Source: Ilumatobacteraceae bacterium
Lineage (GTDB): Bacteria > Actinomycetota > Acidimicrobiia > Acidimicrobiales > Ilumatobacteraceae
DNA length: 64,000 bases
NCBI GenBank assembly: GCA_963728195.1
Contig: CAVSIX010000007.1
Location: 206,139 to 270,138 of the forward strand
Direction of reading: 5' to 3'
Positions 37,224 through 46,590 of the stretch are shown piece by piece. The translations under genes were made by a program, and so were the position numbers. The first letter of the stretch is position 1. Every line of letters starts with the position of its first letter. The notes under the pieces are model-generated. The model was given only the letters and a program-made list of their open reading frames with translations. It was not told the origin of the DNA and did no database searches.

Positions 37224-38657
37224 TCATCGACGGTGTTCGAGCAGGTCGTTCGCCGCGTGGAATCCGCCCATGCCGTGCACGCCCCCGCCGGGCGGCGTCG
37301 AAGCCGAGCACACCCACACGCCGTCGATCGGGGTGCGCCACGGGTGCAGGCTCCACGTCGGGCGGGCCACGAACTGGGCGAGGTCTCCGGCTCCACCGTT
37401 GATGTCGCCACCGACGTAGTTCTCGTTGTGATCGGGCATCGACGCGGCGGTCACCACGTGGCGATCGACGATGCGATCACGGAATCCGGGGGCGAACCGT
37501 TCGACCTGCGCCTCGATACGTCCGCTCATGTCGACGGTCGAGCCATTGGGGACGTGACAGTACGCCCACACCGCATGGACCCCGGCCGGGGCCCTCGTCG
37601 GGTCGAAGAGCGTCTGCTGGGCGAGCAGCACGTAGGGCGACTCGGGATGACGGCCGTGCAGCACGTCGTCCTCCGAGCGGGCGATCTCGTCGAGTGTGCC
37701 CCCGACGTGGACCGTCGCCGCTTGCGTACACCAAGGGTTCGTCCAGGGGATCGGACCGTCGAGGACCCAGTCGACCTTCACCACGCCGGGTCCGTACCGA
37801 TAGCGCCGCAGCGCTCGGGTGTACCGGGCGCCAGCGCGATCGCCGAGGACCTCGAGCATCTGGCGAGGCGTCAGGTCGAGCACGACGTCGCTGGACGACG
37901 GCAACTCGCGCAGGGAGGACACCCGCCGGCCGCATTCGATCGTCCCGCCGGCCGACTCGATGATCCCGGTCAGTGCATCAGCGATCCGTTGGGACCCACC
38001 GCGCGCCATCGGCCACCCGACCACGTGTCCCAGCACACCGAGGATCAATCCGTACGCAGCCGTCGCCGGCGACCGCAGCGACAGCACCGAATGAGCGGCG
38101 AGGCCGGCGAACAGCGCCCGGGCCTCGGTGGTGTCGAAGCGAGAATGCGCCAGTCCCCAGGCCGACCGGACACCACTCCAGCCGAATCGACCGAGGAGCA
38201 GTGGGTGCGCCGGCGGAATGGCGAGCGGCGACAGCAGCCCGTCGGTCAGATCGAAACCGGCGTCGACGAACGGAGCCATCAGTCGGCGGTAGGCGTCGCC
38301 GTCGGCACCGAGCGATCGGGCGGTGTCGTCGAGCGAACGATGCAATACGGCGGCGCCGCCGTGGTCGAGCGGATGCGCCAACGGCACCGGGGGATGCACC
38401 CACTCGAGCCCGTGGGCGCCGAGCAGGCCATCGTCGGCCAGCAGGCGGAACGCCGGCGATGCCAGCGCCAACGGATGGATCGCGGAGCACACGTCATGGA
38501 TCACGTCGGGTCGCAGCAACGCACTCGACCGGGTGCCACCACCGGGCGTGTCGGCCGCTTCGAGCACTGCGACGCGACGCCCGGCCCGTGCGAGCACCAC
38601 CGCCGCCATCAGGCCATTGGGACCTGCCCCGACGACGACGACGTCCGGATCGCTCAT
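37224..38657 (-). CDS. FAD/NAD(P)-binding oxidoreductase, phytoene desaturase (CrtI)-like family
   Basis: N-terminal VVVVGAGPNGLMAAVVLARAG...VLEA dinucleotide fold, 477 aa. It starts 4 nt after the kinase stop. Confidence 0.8.
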   Translation of the reverse strand: MSDPDVVVVGAGPNGLMAAVVLARAGRRVAVLEAADTPGGGTRSSALLRPDVIHDVCSAIHPLALASPAFRLLADDGLLGAHGLEWVHPPVPLAHPLDHGGAAVLHRSLDDTARSLGADGDAYRRLMAPFVDAGFDLTDGLLSPLAIPPAHPLLLGRFGWSGVRSAWGLAHSRFDTTEARALFAGLAAHSVLSLRSPATAAYGLILGVLGHVVGWPMARGGSQRIADALTGIIESAGGTIECGRRVSSLRELPSSSDVVLDLTPRQMLEVLGDRAGARYTRALRRYRYGPGVVKVDWVLDGPIPWTNPWCTQAATVHVGGTLDEIARSEDDVLHGRHPESPYVLLAQQTLFDPTRAPAGVHAVWAYCHVPNGSTVDMSGRIEAQVERFAPGFRDRIVDRHVVTAASMPDHNENYVGGDINGGAGDLAQFVARPTWSLHPWRTPIDGVWVCSASTPPGGGVHGMGGFHAANDLLEHRR

Positions 38658-38661
38658 CCGC

Positions 38662-40068
38662 TCACCCGTTCACGGTGCCGGCGACGTCGCTCGCCTCGCG
38701 AGCTCTACCCGCGCCGCCCGCACCACCGGGTTGCCCCGCTGAGCCATCGTTGGGCCACTCCGGCGACACGGGCAACTCGAAGCCGATCGCAGCGCCGCCG
38801 CCCTCACGAGAGCCGGCAGACACGGTGCCGTTCCCGCTCATGATCACATCGCGCACGATCGACAGACCGAGGCCGGACCCCGGCATCGATCGAGCGGCAT
38901 CCGACCGATGGAACCGATCGAAGATCTGTTGCTCCTCGCCCGGTGGGATGCCCGGACCGCGGTCGAGGACGGTCAGCGATCCGCCGTCGACGACGACCAC
39001 GATCGGACCACCGCTCTGGTCGAACTTGCAGGCGTTGTCGACGAGATTGGTCACTGCGCGGTCGAGCGCTGCCCTCGGCGCATCGACCGACGCCCGGCTC
39101 ACCACCTCCACGACCACGTCACGCGAACGCCGACGCCCCACGCGCTCGGCGACGTCCTGGGCGAGCGAAACCAGTTCGATGCGTTCAGGCGGCTGTTGCT
39201 CCAGTTGACCCGACGCCACCGCGACCAGTTCGTTGACGAGGTCGGTCAGCTCGGTGATCTCGCTGTCGAGATCGTCCAAGACCCCGTCGCGCATGTCGGG
39301 CGACATCTCGGGATGACGCCGCAGCACCGACAGATTCGTCTTCAGGCTGGTCAGGGGGGTGCGCAGCTCGTGGCCCGCATCCTGCACGAGCCGCTGCTGT
39401 TCGGCCCGCGACACGGCGAGCGCGCCGAGCATGTTGCGAAAAGCAGCACCGAGACGGCCGACCTCGTCGCCACCGGTTCCCGGGACGTCGACGTCGAGGC
39501 GGCCCGACGACCCGACCTCTTCGGCGGCTCGTGTGAGACGTCCGACGGGCGCGGCGACCGTCCCGGCGATCAGCCAGCCGACGAGTGCGGCGGCGACCGA
39601 CACGATCGCCACGAGCAGCAACGTGCGCCGGCGAAGGTCTTCCAGCACGCTCTCGACCTCGTCGAGCGACCGCGCCACCTGCACGCCACCGTTGCGCAGA
39701 CCGATCGTGTGCACCCGGAGGTTCTCGCCGTCCACACCGACCGTGGCGCGGTCGACGACCCCCGGATAGCCGAGGACGGCGAGGGCATCGTCGCCCACGC
39801 CGACGTCGTGGGCGAACGACGACGCAACGACCGAACCGTCGGCGGCGAGGATGCGGACCGAGTACACCTCGAGCAGCCCGCGCGTCGGCACGCCGATGCG
39901 ACCGTCGTCGGAGCGGCCGACCATCTGCTGTGTCGCCTGCGTGATCGAACGGTCGACCTCGTCGAGCAGGCGGCCGCTCGTGGTCCGGTAGCTGATCACG
40001 CCCACAGCGGCGGTGGCGATGAGCGCAACCGTCGCAAGCGACAATGCGATCTTCCAGCGCAGGCCCAT
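38662..40068 (-). CDS. sensor histidine kinase (HAMP-HisKA-HATPase, MprB/MtrB-like)
   Basis: MGLRWKIALSLATVALIATAAV TM helix, HAMP domain, H-box AGHELRTPL, GSGLGLSIV. ATGA overlap with the regulator stop at 40068. The longer track ORF to 40908 is an out-of-frame run over the regulator gene. Confidence 0.9.
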   Translation of the reverse strand: MGLRWKIALSLATVALIATAAVGVISYRTTSGRLLDEVDRSITQATQQMVGRSDDGRIGVPTRGLLEVYSVRILAADGSVVASSFAHDVGVGDDALAVLGYPGVVDRATVGVDGENLRVHTIGLRNGGVQVARSLDEVESVLEDLRRRTLLLVAIVSVAAALVGWLIAGTVAAPVGRLTRAAEEVGSSGRLDVDVPGTGGDEVGRLGAAFRNMLGALAVSRAEQQRLVQDAGHELRTPLTSLKTNLSVLRRHPEMSPDMRDGVLDDLDSEITELTDLVNELVAVASGQLEQQPPERIELVSLAQDVAERVGRRRSRDVVVEVVSRASVDAPRAALDRAVTNLVDNACKFDQSGGPIVVVVDGGSLTVLDRGPGIPPGEEQQIFDRFHRSDAARSMPGSGLGLSIVRDVIMSGNGTVSAGSREGGGAAIGFELPVSPEWPNDGSAGQPGGAGGAGRAREASDVAGTVNG

Positions 40069-40778
40069 CAGCCGTCGATCCGGGCGGTGTAGCCGACGCC
40101 GCGCACGGTGTGCACGATCCTCGGCTCGCCCTCCGACTCGGTCTTGCGGCGCAGATAGCCGATGTAGACCGCAAGGTTCTTCGAGTCGGGACCGAAGTCG
40201 TAGTGCCAGATGCGGTCGTAGATCGTCGAGTGATCGAGCACGATGCCACGGTTGGCGACCAGGAGTGCGAGCAGGTCGAACTCCGTCTTCGACAGCTGGA
40301 TCTCGCGATCGCCGCGAAAGGCGCGTCGCCCTGACGTGTCGAGTCGCAGGTCGCCGAGCACCAACTCGCCGGCGGGCTGTTCGGTGTCGTCGGATCCGAA
40401 GCCCGAGCGCCGCAGCAACGCGCGGATCCGAGCGAGCAGCTCGTCGAGGTCGTAGGGCTTGGGGAGGTAGTCGTCGGCACCGGCGTCGAGGCCGGCGACG
40501 CGGTCGCTGGTCTCGGTGCGTGCGGTCAGCATCAGCACCGGCAGCCGATTGCCCTCGGAACGGATGACGCGGCACACGGTGAGGCCGTCGACGACCGGCA
40601 TCGACACGTCGAGCAGCAGCACGTCGGGTTCCGATTGGCGGATCGCCTCGAGCGCCTCGGCCCCGTTGTTCGCCGACGCCACCGTGTAGCCCTCGAGTTG
40701 CAGTGCTCGCACGAGCGAATCGCGGACCGCCCGGTCGTCCTCCGCGACGAGGATGCGGGCGCTCTGCGTGTCCGTCAC
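40068..40778 (-). CDS. response regulator, OmpR/PhoB family
   Basis: GTG start (VTDTQSARILVAEDD), REC domain, and a winged-helix C-terminus (LSKTEFDLLALL...VHTVRGVGY). Confidence 0.92.
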   Translation of the reverse strand: MTDTQSARILVAEDDRAVRDSLVRALQLEGYTVASANNGAEALEAIRQSEPDVLLLDVSMPVVDGLTVCRVIRSEGNRLPVLMLTARTETSDRVAGLDAGADDYLPKPYDLDELLARIRALLRRSGFGSDDTEQPAGELVLGDLRLDTSGRRAFRGDREIQLSKTEFDLLALLVANRGIVLDHSTIYDRIWHYDFGPDSKNLAVYIGYLRRKTESEGEPRIVHTVRGVGYTARIDG

Positions 40779-40881
40779 GCGCCACAGTCTGGCCGCTGGG
40801 AGTGAGAACGCGGTGTGAACCGCTCCCGTACCCCTCGTCCTGTGGTCCGTTCTCGATCCGAAAAGAGCTGCGCGGCCTGCG

Positions 40882-41313
40882 ATGTTTGCTACGAACGCAG
40901 ATGTGCAACGCATCGATCCCCCGTCACCGTTCGCCCCCGCCGTGATCGCGACGGTGGCCATCGGCGGGGCGATCGGGTCGTCGGGCCGCTGGTTCGTCGC
41001 CTGGGTGCTCGATGCGTTCGACGTCACCCACCAGCCGGGTGTGTGGCCCTGGGCGACCCTCGTCGCCAACGTCGTCGGTTGTCTGCTGATCGGACTCGCC
41101 GCCCGGAACGTCGGGCGCGAAACGATCGCCTGGATCTTCGTGGTCGCCGGCGTGCTCGGCGGGTTCACCACGTTCTCGGCCTTCGCGGTCGAACTGAACG
41201 ACTTCGCCGAGGCCGAACGCCTCCCGATGGCGCTGCTCTACGGAACGGTCACGCTCGCCGCCGGCATCGGAGCGACGTTCATGGCCCACCGACCGGCCGA
41301 GGTCGGCGAGTGA
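40882..41313 (+). CDS. crcB: fluoride ion channel CrcB/FluC, subunit 1
   Basis: 4-TM protein with [10 protein letters not shown] and GGFTTFSAF motifs. The exact start is uncertain. Confidence 0.85.
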   Translation: MFATNADVQRIDPPSPFAPAVIATVAIGGAIGSSGRWFVAWVLDAFDVTHQPGVWPWATLVANVVGCLLIGLAARNVGRETIAWIFVVAGVLGGFTTFSAFAVELNDFAEAERLPMALLYGTVTLAAGIGATFMAHRPAEVGE

Positions 41314-41347
41314 CGGCCGACCATCGCCGGCAAGCGAGCGTCGACCG

Positions 41348-41665
41348 GTGACACCCGCACTGTTCGTCCTCGCCGCCGGGCTCGGCGCCGTCGGCCGACA
41401 CCTCGTTGCGCAGTATGTGTGCTCGTGGGCGTCGCTGCTGTGGGTCAACTCGATCGGCGCGGGGCTCCTCGGGCTGATCGCCGCATCCGGGTTCTCGCCC
41501 GACGCGCGAACGATACTCGGGGTCGGTTTCTGTGGGGCGCTGACGACGTTCTCGTCGTTCGCGCTGGAGACGCGTGCGCTCGGTCGTCGCTGGGGAACGA
41601 TCTATGCGCTCGCCACCGTCGCATCGGCCTGCGCCGCTGCCTCGGTCGGTGCCTCACTCGTCTGA
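41348..41665 (+). CDS. crcB: fluoride ion channel CrcB/FluC, subunit 2
   Basis: 105 aa with GLGAVGRH and GALTTFSSF motifs. The tandem pair is typical of heterodimeric Fluc channels. Confidence 0.85.
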   Translation: MTPALFVLAAGLGAVGRHLVAQYVCSWASLLWVNSIGAGLLGLIAASGFSPDARTILGVGFCGALTTFSSFALETRALGRRWGTIYALATVASACAAASVGASLV

Positions 41666-41713
41666 TTCACCCCAGCGATGTGTTCCCGGGGACGTGATCG
41701 CCTCGAGTGTGAA

Positions 41714-43099
41714 TCAGTCGGCGACTTCGAGGATGCGGACCGGGATCTCGCGAGGACCGCGGACCATCCCGACGCTCCACCTGGTGTCGCCGGCGAGCTC
41801 GAAACGCGGGAAGCGCTTGATGAACTCCTCGATGGCGACCTTGAGCTCGAGGCGGGCGAGGTTCGAGCCCACGCAACGGTGGATGCCGAGGCCGAAGGCC
41901 GCGTGCCGGTTCTCCTCACGATCGATGACGAACGTGTCGGGATCCTCGAACTTCAGCGGATCGCGGTTGGCCGCCGGGAACGGCAGCAGCACCCAGTCGT
42001 CCTTCTTCATCGGACAGCCGTGGAAGTCGAGATCCTTCGTGACCAGTCGGCCCATCGTGACGGGCGCGTACGCCCGGAGGAACTCCTCGAGCGCGAACGT
42101 CATCACCTCGGGGTCGTCCAGCAGGCGCTGGTGATCCTCCGGATGCTGGGCGAGGTGCCACAGCGAGGACCCGATCGCCGACCACGTCGTGTCGACGCCG
42201 GCGACGAGCAGCAGGATGATCATGCCCTCGACGACCTGGTCGTCGAGCTTGTTGCCATCGAGTTCGACGTTCATCAGGAAGTTCGTGAGGTCGTCGCGAG
42301 GATTCTCACGATGGTCGGCGATCTGCTCCTGGACGTAGGCGCCGAAGTCGTTGTCGCTCTGACGCGTCCCCGGCTCTTCGTTGATGCGCTCGAGGACCTC
42401 GTGGACCATGTCGCGGAACATCGCCTCGTCCTTCTCGGGGAAGCCGAGCATCCGACCGATCACGTTCACCGGGATGTGCTGCGCGTACTGGACAGCGGCG
42501 TCGATGACGGTTTCACCGGCCGTGATCTCGCCCATGTCATCCAGCAACCTCTCGCAGAGCAGCCGGACCTCGGACTCCCACGGCTCGATCATCTTCGGCG
42601 CGAACGCCGGCAGGAGCAGTCGACGGGCGACGGAGTGGAAAGGAGGATCGCTGGTGATCGGCGGGGCGAGGCCGATCGGGGCGGGCAACGCCCGGTCACC
42701 GGGTCGCCCCACGCCGGGTACGACCGCACGGCTCGAGAAATGCTCGGTGTCGTAGGCGATGTCGTGGACGGTGTCGTGAGTCAATGGCACCCACATGCCG
42801 CCGTATCGGTCGGAGTGAGCGATCGGGCACCCACCCTCGCGCAACGCCTTCCACACCTCGGGTGCGTTGGGGTTGTAGGCAGGGTCGGCGTGGTCGAAGT
42901 CGGCCGCGAAGTCGGCCACGGGGCCGTAGTCGGCGGCGTCGTACGGCACCCGCTGCCAGACATCGGTGCCTTCGGGGCGGCTGCCGATGATGAACTCCAA
43001 CGTCTCGCCGTTGCGATCCCAGGTGATGATCTTGTTGCCGGTCTCGGGGTCGATCCGGACGTCCGGTCCCGTCGTGTTCTCGTCGAGGATGTCGGTCAT
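41714..43099 (-). CDS. cytochrome P450
   Basis: Heme loop FGLGIHRCVGSNLA and ExxR (LEEFLRAY). Start at MTDILDEN, 2 nt downstream of the ferredoxin stop. Confidence 0.92.
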   Translation of the reverse strand: MTDILDENTTGPDVRIDPETGNKIITWDRNGETLEFIIGSRPEGTDVWQRVPYDAADYGPVADFAADFDHADPAYNPNAPEVWKALREGGCPIAHSDRYGGMWVPLTHDTVHDIAYDTEHFSSRAVVPGVGRPGDRALPAPIGLAPPITSDPPFHSVARRLLLPAFAPKMIEPWESEVRLLCERLLDDMGEITAGETVIDAAVQYAQHIPVNVIGRMLGFPEKDEAMFRDMVHEVLERINEEPGTRQSDNDFGAYVQEQIADHRENPRDDLTNFLMNVELDGNKLDDQVVEGMIILLLVAGVDTTWSAIGSSLWHLAQHPEDHQRLLDDPEVMTFALEEFLRAYAPVTMGRLVTKDLDFHGCPMKKDDWVLLPFPAANRDPLKFEDPDTFVIDREENRHAAFGLGIHRCVGSNLARLELKVAIEEFIKRFPRFELAGDTRWSVGMVRGPREIPVRILEVAD

Positions 43100-43101
43100 G
43101 G

Positions 43102-43302
43102 TCAGCCGTTCTCCGTGATCGTGATCGCATATTCGGGGCAGTTGGATGCGGCCAGACGAGCCTTGTCCTGCAGCTCCTCCGGAATGTCCCCCTCGACGAG
43201 CAAGATCGCCTGGCCGTAGTCGTCGACGTCGAACAATTCCGGCGCCAACGCGTAGCAACGGTTGTGACCCTGGCACTTCTCTGCATCGAGGTGTACACGC
43301 AT
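43102..43302 (-). CDS. small ferredoxin (single-cluster, P450 redox partner type)
   Basis: 66 aa: MRVHLDAEKCQGHNRCYALAPELF...ASNCPEYAI, with the CxxHxxC...CP cluster motif. Confidence 0.85.
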   Translation of the reverse strand: MRVHLDAEKCQGHNRCYALAPELFDVDDYGQAILLVEGDIPEELQDKARLAASNCPEYAITITENG

Positions 43303-43332
43303 ATTTTCGACTGTAGAGGCCAGAGTGGGCCG

Positions 43333-44058
43333 GTGACCAGCGCCACGGCAACTTTTTCGAACAACGTTCCAATACTGCTGCTGCCGCCCTCGGAGGGCAA
43401 GGCTGAGGGCGGCAATCGCCGCCGTCAGCGATGGGCCCCCGACGCCGGTTCCTTCGGAGCGGCACTCGGCGATCGGCGAGGCGAAGTCGTGGCGGCGCTC
43501 GCCGCGCTGCACGGCGGCGACGAGAAACTCCTCGGCGTCACCGGCGACCACCTGCTGCGGGCGCAATCGGCGAACACCTCCCTCGTCGGTGCGCCGGTGC
43601 TTCCCGCCTGGCAGCGGTACACCGGGGTGGTGTGGGATCACCTCGACCCGGCGACGCTCCCGCCGCCCGCACGCAAGCAGATCGTGATCGTGTCGGGGTT
43701 GCTGGGTCTCGCGCGCGGCGACGACCCGGTCCCCGACTACCGGCTCAAGATGGGGGCGACGCTGGCGCCGATCGGCAAGCTGTCGAGATGGTGGCGGGCG
43801 TCGATCTCGGCGGAACTCGCTCGGGTCGCTCGGCGGCGCGTCGTGGTCGACCTGCTCCCCCAGGAGCATCGTGGCGCGTTGGAGCTCGGCGGGCTGGACG
43901 GCGTCTCGATCACGCTCGTCGATCCGAGTGGGAAGCCCGGCGGTCACTTCGCAAAGGCGGCCAAGGGCGAACTCGCCCGCGCAATCCTGACCGATGGTCT
44001 CGATGCGCTCGCCACGTGGGAACACCCCCGCTTCGAGCTGTCCGTCACACCGCTCTGA
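43333..44058 (+). CDS. yaaA: YaaA/UPF0246 family peroxide-stress protein
   Basis: N-terminal LLLPPSEGK motif and a YRLKMG-type motif (DYRLKMGA). GTG 43333 chosen as the start; the track ORF begins at 43264. Confidence 0.8.
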   Translation: MTSATATFSNNVPILLLPPSEGKAEGGNRRRQRWAPDAGSFGAALGDRRGEVVAALAALHGGDEKLLGVTGDHLLRAQSANTSLVGAPVLPAWQRYTGVVWDHLDPATLPPPARKQIVIVSGLLGLARGDDPVPDYRLKMGATLAPIGKLSRWWRASISAELARVARRRVVVDLLPQEHRGALELGGLDGVSITLVDPSGKPGGHFAKAAKGELARAILTDGLDALATWEHPRFELSVTPL

Positions 44059-44139
44059 GTTCGACAGGGAACGGAGACCAAATGGGTACGTGAGACCGGC
44101 GAGATCGTGGGTGTGCTCTCGAAGAGTCAGACGAGGGAG

Positions 44140-45294
44140 TCAGACGAGGGACTCGTAGATCGCCATCGTCCGTCGGGCCGCGACGTCCCAGCCGAAGTCG
44201 GCGACCGCCCGGCGACGCCCTGCGACGCCCATCGCCTGCGCCCGGTCGGGGGCGCGGACGACGTCGTTGACCGCATCGGCGAGTCCCGCCTCGAAGGCCT
44301 CGGGCTCGCTGGCGTCGTAGTGCACGAGGCGGCCCGTGTCCCCGTCGACGACGACGTCGGGGATCCCACCGACGTCGCTCGCGACGACTGCGGTCTCGCA
44401 CGCCATCGCCTCGAGGTTCACGATGCCGAGCGGTTCATAGACCGACGGGCAGACGAAGACGGTGCCGTGTGTGAGCACCTGGCGCACCTGCTCGCGCGGC
44501 AGCATCTCCGACACGAGGTGAACGCCGTCGCGTTCGGCGCGCAACGTGGCCACGAGGTCGTCGGTCTCGGCGGCGAGCTCGGGTGTGTCTGCTGCGCCGG
44601 CCAGCAGCACGAGCTGGACCGACTCGTCGAAGTCCAGTGCCGCTCGCAGCAGGTGGGGAACGCCCTTCTGGCGCGTGATGCGGCCGACGAAAACGGCTGA
44701 CGGCCGGTCGGGGTCGACACCCAGCCGTTCGAGGACGTCCGTCTCGGGATCGGGCCGGTAGAAGTCGGTGTCGATCCCGTTGTGGACGACGTGCACCTTG
44801 GCCTCGTCCAGGGTCGGATAGGCCGAGAGGACGTCGCGCTTGGATCCGTGGCTCACGGCGATCACCGCGTCGGCGCCCTCGTAGGCGGTGCGTTCGGCCC
44901 ACGACGACACCCGGTAACCACCGCCGAGCTGTTCGGCCTTCCACGGCCGGTGGGGCTCGAGCGAATGCGAGGTCACGACGTGGGGAATGTCGTGGAGCAG
45001 CTTCGCCCAGTGGCCACCCATGTTCGCGTACCACGTGTGGGAGTGGACGATGTCGCAATCCGCTGTCTGATCGGCCATGGCCAGATCTGCCGCCAATGTC
45101 CGCAGCGCAGCGTTGGCGTCGACGAGCAGTGGGTTGCGTTCGGAGTGGGCGATGGCACCCGGGCGGGGCTCGCCCATGCAGTGCACCTCGACATCGGCGA
45201 GCTGCACGAGCTCACGGACGAGGAAGTCGACGTGGACGCCGGCGCCACCGTAGACGTCGGGCGGATACTCGCGGGTCAGGATCCCGATGCGCAC
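44140..45294 (-). CDS. glgA: GT4 glycosyltransferase, Corynebacterium-type glycogen synthase (GlgA/GlgM-like)
   Basis: VRIGILTREYPPDVYGGAGVHV N-terminus and the E-x7-E region YEPLGIVNLEAMA. Start at in-frame GTG 45294; the upstream 276 track codons are Arg-rich and overlap the MFS gene. Confidence 0.85.
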   Translation of the reverse strand: MRIGILTREYPPDVYGGAGVHVDFLVRELVQLADVEVHCMGEPRPGAIAHSERNPLLVDANAALRTLAADLAMADQTADCDIVHSHTWYANMGGHWAKLLHDIPHVVTSHSLEPHRPWKAEQLGGGYRVSSWAERTAYEGADAVIAVSHGSKRDVLSAYPTLDEAKVHVVHNGIDTDFYRPDPETDVLERLGVDPDRPSAVFVGRITRQKGVPHLLRAALDFDESVQLVLLAGAADTPELAAETDDLVATLRAERDGVHLVSEMLPREQVRQVLTHGTVFVCPSVYEPLGIVNLEAMACETAVVASDVGGIPDVVVDGDTGRLVHYDASEPEAFEAGLADAVNDVVRAPDRAQAMGVAGRRRAVADFGWDVAARRTMAIYESLV

Positions 45295-45344
45295 CCGAGC
45301 AGGGTACCGGCCGGGCCTGTACACAGGCCCCTCACCGCCGTGGC

Positions 45345-46544
45345 TCAGCCCGGATCTTGCGGCGTCCGGCGTGCCGAGCGGGGCGCCGGTCGCAGGGTGC
45401 CGACGAAGACGATCACGGCCGCGGGCACGGTGACGATCGCCATTGCCTGGCCCACGCCGAGTGCCTCCGTGTCGGCGAGCCAGCCGACCACGAGCGGGGC
45501 GACGAGCCCGGCGCCGCGTTGTCCGATCAACATCGAGGCGAACCCGGAGCCGGGAGGGCCGGGAGACCGGGCGGCACGGTCGTACAGCTGCGGGAACAGC
45601 ACCGACGTGCCGAGTCCGGCGATCAGGAACCCGACGATCGACACGGCCGTGACGGGAACGAGCGTCGCCAGCACCGACCCCGCGCCTGCGACGACCGCCG
45701 CCACGCGGAAGAGACCGTTCGGCCCCAGCCGTACCTGCAACCAGTCGCCACCCAGGCGGCCGATCGTCATCCCGGCGGTGAACGTGAGGAAGGCGAGTCC
45801 GGCGAGACCTGGTGGCGCACCGAGGTCCTCGCCGAGTCGGAACGACGCCCAGTCGCCGTTCGTGATCTCGATCGCCATCGCCATCGCTCCGCCGGCGCCG
45901 AGCAGCAACGACGCCGCTCCGAGCGGCCGCCGGCGAGGCTGAGCCGACACCGCTGCCTCGAGCAGTTCTGGTGCCTCGTCGCGATGGAGAAGTCCCGGAG
46001 CCACGAACAGCAGCGCACCGAGCAGCATGACGGCAACGGCGGTGAGATGGACCGGCGTACTCACTCCCAGTCGCAGCGTCAGCACCGTGACGACGCCGCC
46101 GGCGACGGATCCGAGGCTCCACAACCCGTGCAGCCGGTTGATCACCGGCGCGTGACGCCGATGGCTCAGCGCCGAACCCTGGACGTTCATCGCGACGTCG
46201 ATGAACACATCGAAGAACAGCAGTCCGAACAGCGCCACCACCAGCACCGCCGGTGCGGTCGCGAAGCCGATCACCGGCAGGAACACGATCGAGCAGATCG
46301 CGCCGTAGATCATCACCCGTCGGCTGCCGAACCGGGCGATGACCCGGCCGGTGAGCAGCGATCCGATGAGACCGGCGACGCTGCCGATCGTGAGCACCAC
46401 ACCGAGCGCACCGATCGAGATGTCGACGCGCTCACGGATGTCGGGAAGCCGCGGGATGACCGTCGCGTAGACGGTGCCGTTGGCGAAGAACTGCATCGCG
46501 ACCGAACGCAGCGCTCGCCGGTCGATGGCCGCCGCGTCCGTCAC
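45345..46544 (-). CDS. MFS transporter
   Basis: About 12 hydrophobic helices and a GRVIARFGSRR loop between TM2 and TM3. Start uncertain (GTG 46544 chosen). Confidence 0.8.
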   Translation of the reverse strand: MTDAAAIDRRALRSVAMQFFANGTVYATVIPRLPDIRERVDISIGALGVVLTIGSVAGLIGSLLTGRVIARFGSRRVMIYGAICSIVFLPVIGFATAPAVLVVALFGLLFFDVFIDVAMNVQGSALSHRRHAPVINRLHGLWSLGSVAGGVVTVLTLRLGVSTPVHLTAVAVMLLGALLFVAPGLLHRDEAPELLEAAVSAQPRRRPLGAASLLLGAGGAMAMAIEITNGDWASFRLGEDLGAPPGLAGLAFLTFTAGMTIGRLGGDWLQVRLGPNGLFRVAAVVAGAGSVLATLVPVTAVSIVGFLIAGLGTSVLFPQLYDRAARSPGPPGSGFASMLIGQRGAGLVAPLVVGWLADTEALGVGQAMAIVTVPAAVIVFVGTLRPAPRSARRTPQDPG

Positions 46545-46590
46545 GGCGCCACCCTGGCCGAGCGGTGCACGCAGCCGGGGCGTGGGCGGC

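Noticed and set aside
40779-40881. A fluoride (crcB-motif) riboswitch upstream of the crcB pair.
   Set aside because: The leader contains hairpins (GCGGUGUGAACCGC) and a possible GAGAAC/GUUCUC long-range pairing. I could not align it to my recollection of the conserved core of the fluoride riboswitch (a GGnGAUG-type 5' strand and a CUGAUGA-type 3' strand). A covariance-model scan with the Rfam fluoride riboswitch model would settle it.
38662-40908. A single 748-aa ORF spanning both the kinase and the regulator region.
   Set aside because: Only the C-terminal 468 aa (from MGLRWKIAL, ATG at 40068) look like a histidine kinase. The upstream part is an out-of-frame run over the OmpR-type regulator gene, which has its own frame (40068..40778).
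44140-46122. A 660-aa ORF extending the glycogen synthase gene upstream.
   Set aside because: The N-terminal 276 residues are Arg-rich and overlap the MFS transporter gene. The GT4 domain begins at VRIGILTREYPP (GTG 45294).
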